Shown here in pieces: positions 50,668 through 59,246 of a stretch of 64,000 bases of DNA (positions are counted from its first letter, which is position 1; every line of letters begins with the position of its first letter). The translations under genes and the position numbers were made by a program. Origin of the DNA: Actinomycetota bacterium (GTDB lineage Bacteria > Actinomycetota > Actinomycetes > Nanopelagicales > Nanopelagicaceae); assembly GCA_026392825.1 (NCBI GenBank), contig JAPLBF010000006.1:41-64040 (forward strand), written 5' to 3'. Under the pieces are notes generated by a model. The model was not told the DNA's origin, searched no databases, and saw only the letters and a program-made list of their open reading frames with translations.

Positions 50668-51732
50668 ATGGCAAAGCTTTTCTCACGCCGCACTGCAGCA
50701 ATTGTTGCTGTAGCCGCAGCGTCAATGCTTGTGCTCTCAGCATGTTCAAACAGCGATAGCGGCAGCGACAAAGTTGCAGTTTCGCTAATTACTAAAGATC
50801 AGTCAAACCCATTCTTCGTTGCAATGATCAAGGGTGCTACTGCTAAGGCAGAGTCACTTGGCGTAGAACTAACTGTTACATCTGGAGTAGATGAATCAGA
50901 CTACGCAGGTCAGATCGCAGCGATTGAAAACGCAATTTCTGCAAAGCACGCTGGTATCTTGATCGTTCCAGTGTCAACAGAAGTCAACGCAGCAATCACT
51001 AAGGCCCGCGAAGCTGGTCTATACGTAATTGCTCTCGACACAGCACCAGATCCTGCTGACATCGTAGACATCACTTTCGCAACAGATAACCGCGAAGCTG
51101 GTCTTCTAATCGGTCAGTGGACAGCTGCAAAGCTTGCTGGCAAGAAGGCAACAATTGCACTTCTCGACATCTTCGATGACCGCATTGTGTCTGTTGACTA
51201 CATGCGCGATAACGGATTCCTTGCAGGTATGGGAATTGACGTTAAGGATCCAAACAAGATGGGTGACGAAGACAAGAAGGGTAAGTACTCAGGCGGAGAT
51301 TACGAGATCGTTGGAAACGTAGCGACAGGCGCTAACGAAGAAGGCGGCCGTACAGGTCTAGAACAACTTCTTGCTAAGAACAAGAAGATCAACGTTGTTT
51401 ACACAATCAACGAGCCAACAGCAATCGGTGCATGTGCTGCAGCAGCTGCTGCTGGTATCAAGCTCGATGTAATGGTCTCTGTTGACGGTGGCGGCGCTGG
51501 TATCGGTGCTGTTAAGTCAGGTTGCATCAACGCAACTTCACAGCAGTACCCATTGTTGATGGCTGACCTTGGTGTTCAAGCTATCTACGACATCGTGAAG
51601 AACGGTACAAAGCCATCTAAGTCAGAAGGCTTGGACTTCTTCAACACCGGCGTTAAGTTGATTACTGATGACCCACAAGATGGCGTTCCATCAGAGACAA
51701 CTGAATACGGTCTAGCAAACGCTTGGGGTTAA
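50668..51732 (+). CDS. frcB: Sugar ABC transporter solute-binding lipoprotein (FrcB-like)
   Basis: Lipobox VLSAC; LITKDQSNPFF, ALDT, FATDN, INEPTA, SVDGG, ATSQQYP, ends WG; AGGAGG RBS. Confidence 0.85.
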   Translation: MAKLFSRRTAAIVAVAAASMLVLSACSNSDSGSDKVAVSLITKDQSNPFFVAMIKGATAKAESLGVELTVTSGVDESDYAGQIAAIENAISAKHAGILIVPVSTEVNAAITKAREAGLYVIALDTAPDPADIVDITFATDNREAGLLIGQWTAAKLAGKKATIALLDIFDDRIVSVDYMRDNGFLAGMGIDVKDPNKMGDEDKKGKYSGGDYEIVGNVATGANEEGGRTGLEQLLAKNKKINVVYTINEPTAIGACAAAAAAGIKLDVMVSVDGGGAGIGAVKSGCINATSQQYPLLMADLGVQAIYDIVKNGTKPSKSEGLDFFNTGVKLITDDPQDGVPSETTEYGLANAWG

Positions 51733-51767
51733 TCCCAGCTCTTTAGTGAATAACTAAAGAAGAGTGT

Positions 51768-51805
51768 TTAAAGAGGGCGGCTGCTTCGGCAGTCGCCCTC
51801 TTTAA
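51768..51805 (+). terminator. Strong intercistronic hairpin after the SBP gene
   Basis: TTAAAGAGGGCGGCTGC-TTCG-GCAGTCGCCCTCTTTAA, 17-bp stem with UUCG loop. Confidence 0.85.
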
Positions 51806-51906
51806 CTAAAACGGCAATATGTTATAAGGTTTTAGGCAGTAAGGTTTAGTTACCAAGGAAAAACAATTTAATTGCAATTTAAATTTCGACTTTGAAAGGA
51901 TCTCAA

Positions 51907-52950
51907 GTGAGCCAAGATACGGCCGTCTACGACGCAGCGTCAGAGTTTCAAGATCGCGCCTCGATTAGCCAAAGAATGCAAGCTCTGCTCCATAAGTATC
52001 CGTGGCTGAGCTCAACAATGGTGCTAGTTGTAGCATCGATAATTTTTAGCTTCTTCAATGAAAACTTTTTAACACCATCTAACATCTCACTAATCCTTCA
52101 GCAAGTAGCGATCGTCGGTGCAGTAGCCGCCGGACAGACGCTAATTATTTTGACTGCCGGTATCGACCTTTCTTGTGGTGCGATCGCAGTCTTTTCATCA
52201 ATGACGATGGCTAAGTTAGTTCAAGGAACGCCTGGCGAAGGAGTACCGGCTGGCTGGTCGATCTGGTTGGCATTCCCAATCGGTTTGCTCGTCGGCATGC
52301 TCGGAGGCGCAATCAACGGTTTCTTGGTTACAAAAGTTAAGTTGCCGCCGTTTATCGTTACCTTGGGTACATTCAACGTATTCCTTGCACTGACTCTTAC
52401 TCTTACTAAGGGAACAGTTCCTTCAATTGAGATGGATCCATTCCTATTAACACTTGGTCATTATGTAAATCTCGGACCATTCCGAGTCACCACGGGTGTT
52501 CTCTTTATGTTCGCGATGTATATGGTCTTGGCCTTCGTCTTGCGCTACACATCTTGGGGACGCCACGTATACGCAGTTGGCGATGACATTGATGCAGCGC
52601 GCTTGGCAGGTATTTCAGTTAACCGCGTACTAATGAGCGTTTATGTTGTTGCCGGTCTTACCTTCGCACTCGCAGCCTGGATCGTTATTGGCCGCGTTAC
52701 CGTTGCTAGCCCAAATACTGGTGGCGATCTAAACCTTGATGCGATCACTGCGGTGGTCATTGGTGGAACCTCACTATTCGGTGGTCGAGGAACAATCTTC
52801 GGCTCGCTAATTGGCGCGATCATCGTGGGTGTTTTCCGTAATGGTCTAACACTTGCTGGCGTTGACTTGTACTACCAGCTCTTAGCTATCGGACTTCTTA
52901 TTATCTTCGCTGTTTCAGTTGACCAGTGGATCAGAAAGGCACGCAAATGA
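51907..52950 (+). CDS. frcC: Sugar ABC transporter permease (FrcC/RbsC-like)
   Basis: Start GTG 51907 (AAGGA RBS); ILTAGIDLS, LPPFIVTLGT, GRHVYAVG, AVVIGGTSLFGGRG. Confidence 0.88.
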   Translation: MSQDTAVYDAASEFQDRASISQRMQALLHKYPWLSSTMVLVVASIIFSFFNENFLTPSNISLILQQVAIVGAVAAGQTLIILTAGIDLSCGAIAVFSSMTMAKLVQGTPGEGVPAGWSIWLAFPIGLLVGMLGGAINGFLVTKVKLPPFIVTLGTFNVFLALTLTLTKGTVPSIEMDPFLLTLGHYVNLGPFRVTTGVLFMFAMYMVLAFVLRYTSWGRHVYAVGDDIDAARLAGISVNRVLMSVYVVAGLTFALAAWIVIGRVTVASPNTGGDLNLDAITAVVIGGTSLFGGRGTIFGSLIGAIIVGVFRNGLTLAGVDLYYQLLAIGLLIIFAVSVDQWIRKARK

Positions 52951-53741
52951 GTAAGAAACCAATTCTTCAAGCAGTTGGGCTTGCTAAGTCATATGGTCGC
53001 GTTGTTGCGCTAGATGGCTCCGACTTAGAACTGTTCCCAGGTGAAGTTCTCGCAGTAGTCGGTGATAACGGAGCTGGTAAATCAACCATGATCAAATGTT
53101 TATCTGGTGCTGAAGTACCTGATGAGGGGCAGATCATTCTTGATGGGCAAGAAGTTTCATTTAAGCGACCACAAGATGGGCGCCATGCCGGAATCGAAAC
53201 TGTGTACCAGACACTTGCTGTTGCACCGGCTCTCGATATCGCATCTAATCTCTTTCTCGGTCGTGAAATGCGTAAGAAGGGTCCACTTGGTTCCGTATTT
53301 CGCATGATTGATAGCTCTGGAATGCGCAAGGCTGCTAAAGAACATATTGCAGCCCTCGGCATCGGAACAATCCAGAACATCACACAAGCTGTTGAAACAC
53401 TCTCTGGTGGTCAGCGTCAGGCAGTTGCAGTAGCTCGCGCTGCTGCATTCGGCCAGAAGGTGATCATCCTTGATGAGCCAACTGCAGCACTTGGTGTTCG
53501 TGAATCACGTCAGGTTCTCAAGCTAATCGAATCACTTCGTGATCGCGGTATGCCGGTTATCTTGATTTCACACAACATGCCTCAGGTCTTTGAAGTTGCA
53601 GATCGCATCCAGGTACAACGCCTCGGAAAGCGCGCTGCAGTTGTCACTCCAAAGAGCCATTCAATGAACGATGTTGTTGCGATTATGACTGGTGCTATGA
53701 CAGTTGATAAGAAAGACCAAGCACTCAGTTCAGTTCGTTAA
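52947..53741 (+). CDS. frcA: Sugar ABC transporter ATPase, single NBD (FrcA-like)
   Basis: ATGA overlap at 52947; GDNGAGKST, LSGGQRQ, LDEPTAALG. Confidence 0.9.
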   Translation: MSKKPILQAVGLAKSYGRVVALDGSDLELFPGEVLAVVGDNGAGKSTMIKCLSGAEVPDEGQIILDGQEVSFKRPQDGRHAGIETVYQTLAVAPALDIASNLFLGREMRKKGPLGSVFRMIDSSGMRKAAKEHIAALGIGTIQNITQAVETLSGGQRQAVAVARAAAFGQKVIILDEPTAALGVRESRQVLKLIESLRDRGMPVILISHNMPQVFEVADRIQVQRLGKRAAVVTPKSHSMNDVVAIMTGAMTVDKKDQALSSVR

Positions 53742-53768
53742 TCTCTAAGTAAAAGTAGACTTAAAACA

Positions 53769-55262
53769 ATGGCCACTCCGGTTCGTATTGAATCGGATGT
53801 GGTCATTGTTGGTTCTGGGATGGGCGGAGCAACAACTGCCTATGCCTTGGCAAATAAAGGCGTAAAGACCCTAGTTTTGGAACGCGGCGAACGCATGCCG
53901 CGCGAGCCAGAGAACTGGTCACCTTCAGAAATCTTTATGAAGACTCGGTACAAGCCCAATGAAAAGTGGGTGGATGAGAAAGAGAAAGAGTTTGTTCCTG
54001 GCGTTCATTACTTCGTCGGCGGAAATAGCAAAGTTTATGGCGCATCCCTTCCCCGTTTTAGCCGATTCGATTTCGGAGTAATAAAGCACCAAGAAGGAAT
54101 ATCGCCGGCTTGGCCTTTTACATACGATGATTTAGAGCCGTATTACTACGGCGCAGAAGAGTTATATCGCGTTCACGGTGATGCCCAGAATATTTATGGC
54201 AACACGCGCAGTACGCCATTTCCTTATCCTGCAATGAAACATGAGCCTTACGTTGAAGAACTCGGTAAGCGATTAACCAAGGCGGGTGTGCGACCACATT
54301 CGAATTCAATGGGCATTGACTTGGGGCCAGGTGGAAAGTGCATCCGCTGTAAAACTTGTGATGGTTTTGTTTGTAAGTTAGATGCCAAAAGTGATGCTGA
54401 AGTAAATGCTTTGAATCCTGCGATCGCAACCGGCCACGTAACTTTGATGACCTTGGTGCAAGTAAATCGAATTGTTTTAGCGGATGATGGGAAATCGGTA
54501 AGCCATCTGGAAGCAACTCGCAATGGGGAGCAGTTAGAAATTTACGGCAAGAAATATGTAATCTCTGCAGGATCAGTAAATACCGCAGCGCTCTTGCTCC
54601 GCTCTGGCGTTGCCAATTCATCTGATCAAGTCGGGCGCAACTTTATGATGCATAACAACAGCCACATTGCCGCTGTAGACATGCGCCGCAAGAACGATGT
54701 CACCTTTCAGAAAACACTCTCTTTCACGGACTGGTACTTAGATGGTGGCAAGGGTTATCCACTCGGTGCTGTTCAGTTGATCGGAAAAGTGCAAGGCATA
54801 ATGATGAAATCTTTCGCCAAGCACGTTCCGCTTCCACTGCTTAATTTGATTTCAGATCACAGCGTTGAATTTGTGGTGATGAGCGAGGATCTACCGCATC
54901 CTGATAACCGCGTAACTATCGCTAAAAACGGAGCGATTAAGATCGCCCGCAAATCTGTGGGCATGAAGACGCATATGGAACTTCTGCGCCGCGCCAAGAA
55001 AGTATTGCGCAAGGCGGGCTATCAAGGGATCTTTAGACAGCCCTTCGATATTTCAATGAACTCGCATCAGTGCGGAACAACTGTGGCCGGCAAGGATCCG
55101 CGCACCAGTGTCGTGGACGGCTACTGCCGCAGCCACGATCATCACAATCTTTACCTAATTGATGGTGGATTCTTCCCGTCATCTGCGGCGATGAATCCGG
55201 CGCTGACTATTGCAGCACAGGCGCTGCGTGTTGTTGCCGAATCCGATCTTGCGAAAGTTTAA
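53769..55262 (+). CDS. GMC-family FAD oxidoreductase
   Basis: IVGSGMGG, VGGNSKVYG, CIRCKTCDG, SHQCGT, DGGFFPSSAAMNPALTI; no obvious signal peptide. Confidence 0.9.
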   Translation: MATPVRIESDVVIVGSGMGGATTAYALANKGVKTLVLERGERMPREPENWSPSEIFMKTRYKPNEKWVDEKEKEFVPGVHYFVGGNSKVYGASLPRFSRFDFGVIKHQEGISPAWPFTYDDLEPYYYGAEELYRVHGDAQNIYGNTRSTPFPYPAMKHEPYVEELGKRLTKAGVRPHSNSMGIDLGPGGKCIRCKTCDGFVCKLDAKSDAEVNALNPAIATGHVTLMTLVQVNRIVLADDGKSVSHLEATRNGEQLEIYGKKYVISAGSVNTAALLLRSGVANSSDQVGRNFMMHNNSHIAAVDMRRKNDVTFQKTLSFTDWYLDGGKGYPLGAVQLIGKVQGIMMKSFAKHVPLPLLNLISDHSVEFVVMSEDLPHPDNRVTIAKNGAIKIARKSVGMKTHMELLRRAKKVLRKAGYQGIFRQPFDISMNSHQCGTTVAGKDPRTSVVDGYCRSHDHHNLYLIDGGFFPSSAAMNPALTIAAQALRVVAESDLAKV

Positions 55263-56122
55263 GAAAGCCCCAAGACGCGCGTAAGTTCGTTATGTAAATC
55301 TTTCGGATCTACATCAACTCCGGTCCAATACTCGATTGCGATTACCGCTTGATTAACCACCATACCTAAACCTTGCAGTGTGGTTGCTCCGCGCTTACCA
55401 GCTTCGGTTAAGAAGTATGTTTGTGGAGGATTAACGATTACATCAGCCGCCAACATTCCGGGGCGTATTGAATCGAAGTTGATATCTTGTTCTCCTTCGG
55501 TATTAACCATTCCCATTGAAGTCGAATTAATTACTACTTCGGCATCGAGTGGAATTTCATATGTCTTATTCCACTCTACAAATTCAGCGCTGGCTTTAGT
55601 TTTATCGTTTAATAAAGCAGTCAACTCTTCCCCGCGAGCGCGTGAGCGATTTACAACATAGAACTTACTCGCACCCGCTAAAGCGAGTTCAACCGCGATT
55701 GCCCGCGCAGCGCCGCCTGCGCCGAGCAGAACAATATTTTTCCCAGTCGCAGGAGTTATCTCTAAAAATGATTTAAGAAAACCTTTTCCGTCGGTATTTT
55801 CACCAACAAATTTGCCATCGCGATTTACCGCGCAATTGACTGCGCCAATTAAGGAAGCGGATTCCCCCAGGCTATCTAAATACTTGATCACTTCGACTTT
55901 GTGCGGGATGGAGCAGTTAAAACCCTTCCAATTCATCGCCTTAGCCCCTGCTACAGCCGCTGCCAGCTGGTCGGGGTTCACTTCACAGTTGACGTAGCGA
56001 AAGTGGAGGTTATTGGCCCTGTAAGAGGCTTCCACCATTGCAACCGTTGGATTTGAGTCAGAACCTTGCGAGAAGCTGCCAGTTAATTCGTGGCGGAAAG
56101 ATCCGCCTATATCCATAGTCAT
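55259..56122 (-). CDS. Shikimate dehydrogenase-family paralog (atypical substrate motif)
   Basis: GFNCSIPHK, GAVN, NTDGKG, LGAGGAARA, GLGMVVNQA; lacks the HS.SP motif. Confidence 0.87.
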   Translation of the reverse strand: MTMDIGGSFRHELTGSFSQGSDSNPTVAMVEASYRANNLHFRYVNCEVNPDQLAAAVAGAKAMNWKGFNCSIPHKVEVIKYLDSLGESASLIGAVNCAVNRDGKFVGENTDGKGFLKSFLEITPATGKNIVLLGAGGAARAIAVELALAGASKFYVVNRSRARGEELTALLNDKTKASAEFVEWNKTYEIPLDAEVVINSTSMGMVNTEGEQDINFDSIRPGMLAADVIVNPPQTYFLTEAGKRGATTLQGLGMVVNQAVIAIEYWTGVDVDPKDLHNELTRVLGLS

Positions 56123-56156
56123 GTTCAGACCTTACCGCGCAAGTTATGATCAGCCA

Positions 56157-57071
56157 ATGACCGCGACATTTTTACAACGAATCGCATCCGCGCCAATTTC
56201 TTGGGGAATCTGTGAAGTCCCAGGTTGGGGAGCGATGTTGCCAACAAAAAGAGTTTTATCTGAGATGACCAGTCTTGGTTTACCCGCAACAGAACTTGGT
56301 GCACCAGGTTTTTTCTCAGATGATTCAGCAGAACTTAAAGATCAATTAGCGGAATTTGAAATGTCGATGATCGGTGGATTCACTCCAGTTGTCTTGCACG
56401 ATAAGTCACAGGAAAAAGCCACAATCGATGCGGTGCTAAAGACTAGTAAGAAATTTCAAGAGATCGGCGCAACGCATTTAGTTTCATCTCCAGTGCAAAG
56501 TTGGGATTGGGCTAACCCAGAAGAGCTAAGTAGTGATGAAGTAACGCAATTCTTTAAAGTTCTTGCCGAAGTAGATCAAATTTGTAAAGATCACGGACTT
56601 GTTCAAGTAGTCCACCCCCATTTACAGACTGTGGTTGAAACCAAACGAGATATTGACCGAGTAGTCGAAAACTCAGATGTGATGTGGTGTTTGGATACTG
56701 GGCATATGACCATCGGTGGCCAAGACACTGTTGAGTTCGCTAAGAAATATGCCAGTCGAGTCGGCCACGTGCACTTGAAAGATGTAAATATGAAATCTGT
56801 TCCACCTGTACTTGCTCGCCAACAGAGCATTATGGAAGGTGTCCAGAAAGGTTTATTTACTCCACTGGGTCAAGGCGATGTACCAATTCTTGAAACTATT
56901 CTGGCGCTAGAAAGCGCTGGATACCAAGGCTGGTATGTAATTGAACAAGATGTTGCCATAACTGGAGAATTGCCAGGTATTGGCGAAGGTCCAATCACGG
57001 GTATGAAACAATCAGTCGATTATTTGCACAAAGTTGTTGCCCCCGCTGTAGCAAATTTAAAAACCAAGTAA
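56157..57071 (+). CDS. iolE: Myo-inosose-2 dehydratase-like TIM barrel (IolE/MocC-like)
   Basis: Start ATG 56157 (TATGAT six nt upstream); APISWGICEVPGWG, HPH, CLDTGH, HVHLKD, VIEQD. Confidence 0.75.
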   Translation: MTATFLQRIASAPISWGICEVPGWGAMLPTKRVLSEMTSLGLPATELGAPGFFSDDSAELKDQLAEFEMSMIGGFTPVVLHDKSQEKATIDAVLKTSKKFQEIGATHLVSSPVQSWDWANPEELSSDEVTQFFKVLAEVDQICKDHGLVQVVHPHLQTVVETKRDIDRVVENSDVMWCLDTGHMTIGGQDTVEFAKKYASRVGHVHLKDVNMKSVPPVLARQQSIMEGVQKGLFTPLGQGDVPILETILALESAGYQGWYVIEQDVAITGELPGIGEGPITGMKQSVDYLHKVVAPAVANLKTK

Positions 57072-57093
57072 GAAAACGAACTAGGAGCAAACA

Positions 57094-58077
57094 GTGTCAG
57101 ATCTACGGGTAGGAATCGTCGGTGTTGGAATCATGGGCGCAGGACATGCGCGTTATCTAACTAATGATGTTGATGGAGCAATCGTTACCGCATTCTTCGA
57201 TCTTGATGCAGCGCGCATGGATGCCCTAGCAAATGAGTTATCTGCTAAATCAGGTGCCACAATTAATAAGCACTCTTCAGTCGCTGATCTAATTAACGAT
57301 CCAACTGTCGATGCAGTAATCATCTGCTCCCCCGATGGCCTACATCCAGAACACTTGGAACTCTGCGTTAAAGCAGGCAAGCCAACGCTCTGCGAAAAGC
57401 CACTTGCTCCACGATTAGAAGATGCCAAGAAGATCGCTGAAATCGTTAAAGCCTCTGGCGTTCCTGTCGCCCTCGGATTTATGCGCCGTTTCGATCCAGG
57501 CTACATTCAACTGAAGAAAGAGATTCAATCTGGCAAATATGGCGAAGTAATCCAGATTCGCGCAGTGACCCGAAATGTTTCATCACCTGGAGCAACCACT
57601 GCCGGAATGATTTTTAATTCTGCCGTGCACGAATTCGATATCGCCCGTTGGTTGCTCGAAGAAGAATTCACCACGGTATCTGTGGCATATGCCAAAAAAA
57701 CTGGCCACGCGGTTCCAGATATTCAAGATGCGGTTAGCATTATTTCCCACACTGAATCTGGCGTCTTGATGACTGTCGATAACTGTGCAAATAGCACTTA
57801 TGGATATGACGTTCGGGTTGAAGTGCTGATGCAAAATGGTTCGCTAGAACTAAATAACCTCGGTGATTTAACTATCAGCTTTGGTTTTGAACTTCCTGGT
57901 CGCAAAGCCGGACGTCTTCACGACAACTGGATTGGGCGCTTCACTGATGCATATATCGGTGAACTGCGTGCTTGGGTTGCCTCAATTACAGATGGCGTTG
58001 CAAATCCAAACTTAGCCACCGTCGATGACGGAATTGCCGCAAGTATCGCTTGCGAAAAAGGGATTGCTTCGCTTTAA
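57094..58077 (+). CDS. iolG: Inositol 2-dehydrogenase-like Gfo/Idh/MocA protein
   Basis: VGVGIMGAGH, LCEKPL, GFMRRFDPGY, NSAVHEFD, YGYDVRVEV. Confidence 0.78.
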   Translation: MSDLRVGIVGVGIMGAGHARYLTNDVDGAIVTAFFDLDAARMDALANELSAKSGATINKHSSVADLINDPTVDAVIICSPDGLHPEHLELCVKAGKPTLCEKPLAPRLEDAKKIAEIVKASGVPVALGFMRRFDPGYIQLKKEIQSGKYGEVIQIRAVTRNVSSPGATTAGMIFNSAVHEFDIARWLLEEEFTTVSVAYAKKTGHAVPDIQDAVSIISHTESGVLMTVDNCANSTYGYDVRVEVLMQNGSLELNNLGDLTISFGFELPGRKAGRLHDNWIGRFTDAYIGELRAWVASITDGVANPNLATVDDGIAASIACEKGIASL

Positions 58078-58081
58078 ATAT

Positions 58082-58750
58082 TTACTTTAATATATTTACC
58101 GCACGCGCGATAACTAGACCCACTGTGATCAACGAGGTCATCGATTGCGCCATCATCAATATCTTGGCCCAACGGCTAAGCGGTGCGGTGTCAGTTGGGC
58201 TAAATGCGCTGGCATTTGTAACCGAGATATATAGGTAATCAAAGAACGTTGGGTGCCAACCTTTTTCACGATACTCCGGAGAACTCATCTGCGGAAAGAG
58301 AAAATCAGGCACAGGTTTGCGCGCCTCAGCACGAGCACCAGGGCCACCACGATCTAACTCCCAGAACCAAAGGCTAAAGATCACAATGTTTGCCATCCAA
58401 ATAGATCCACCAGATAACAACAACATGTTGGCATCTTTAATTGAACCTTGGACTAAACCATCGATTAACTTGATAGCTGATGCGGTATTAGAAATTGTCA
58501 TTACACTAGTTAGAACAATACTTAAGTTTCGAGTTGGTGCGTGATGGCTACGTATTCGAAGTGGCGTTAGCGTCACCAATGAAATTAGAAGCAGGGCTTC
58601 GAGCACACATATATATCTCTGAATACCAAGAGAGAGATCCCTAGGAAGCAAAAATTGGAGCGCAATTACCAAAACAACACTTAATGATACGGAGAGACGG
58701 TGCTCCCCTTCGTGAGGCTTATGCCAATGCGTTTCAGGTGTATTAACCAT
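58082..58750 (-). CDS. DUF1345-type membrane protein
   Basis: FSLWFWELDRGGP, PDFLFPQ, P.FFDYLY.S.TNASAFSPTD. Confidence 0.82.
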   Translation of the reverse strand: MVNTPETHWHKPHEGEHRLSVSLSVVLVIALQFLLPRDLSLGIQRYICVLEALLLISLVTLTPLRIRSHHAPTRNLSIVLTSVMTISNTASAIKLIDGLVQGSIKDANMLLLSGGSIWMANIVIFSLWFWELDRGGPGARAEARKPVPDFLFPQMSSPEYREKGWHPTFFDYLYISVTNASAFSPTDTAPLSRWAKILMMAQSMTSLITVGLVIARAVNILK

Positions 58751-58756
58751 CTATTT

Positions 58757-59044
58757 TTACAGCGAATCCAGAACTGTGATCGTTTCACCAAATACATAAT
58801 TTGGTCCAACGGCCTGCCAGGCTTTGCTATTGGCATTGACCATGTGGGCATCCCAAGATGGGCGATCACTCCAAATCTCCCAGACATTTACTACATCTGG
58901 TTTCTGGGTATCACGATAGATATCAATAAATTCGCAACCGGCTTCGGTGCGGATTACTGCGATATGGCTCTTGAGTTTAGAAACGAACTCATCAAATTGG
59001 CCGGGCTTCACGTTTACTTCAACGAATAGAAATACTTTGCTCAT
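58757..59044 (-). CDS. Antibiotic biosynthesis monooxygenase-family (ABM) protein
   Basis: Start ATG 59044 (TACCGT seven nt upstream); VKPG, R.EAGC, E.W...HM pattern; 95 aa. Confidence 0.85.
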   Translation of the reverse strand: MSKVFLFVEVNVKPGQFDEFVSKLKSHIAVIRTEAGCEFIDIYRDTQKPDVVNVWEIWSDRPSWDAHMVNANSKAWQAVGPNYVFGETITVLDSL

Positions 59045-59077
59045 GTGCCAAACGGTATCTCTTTTTGAGGGCAATAA

Positions 59078-59116
59078 AAAGAAAAGCCTTCCGGTGTGAA
59101 AGGCACCGAAAGGCTC
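59078..59116 (-). terminator. Intrinsic terminator downstream of tRNA-Arg
   Basis: AGCCTTCCGGTG-TGAAAGG-CACCGAAAGGCT hairpin followed on the minus strand by TTTCTTTT. Confidence 0.8.
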
Positions 59117-59122
59117 ATCTCG

Positions 59123-59195
59123 TGCGCGCGAAGGGATTCGAACCCCTAACCTTCTGATCCGTAGTCAGATGCTCTATCCGTTGAGCTACGCACGC
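59123..59195 (-). tRNA. tRNA-Arg(ACG)
   Basis: GCGTGCG/CGCGCGC acceptor, TCTGA-CTACGGA-TCAGA anticodon arm, GGTTCGAATCC T arm. Confidence 0.97.
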
Positions 59196-59246
59196 CTATT
59201 TACTTGTATTAAAGGTTAACACCCGTCTGCGAATAGTACAGGCTTT

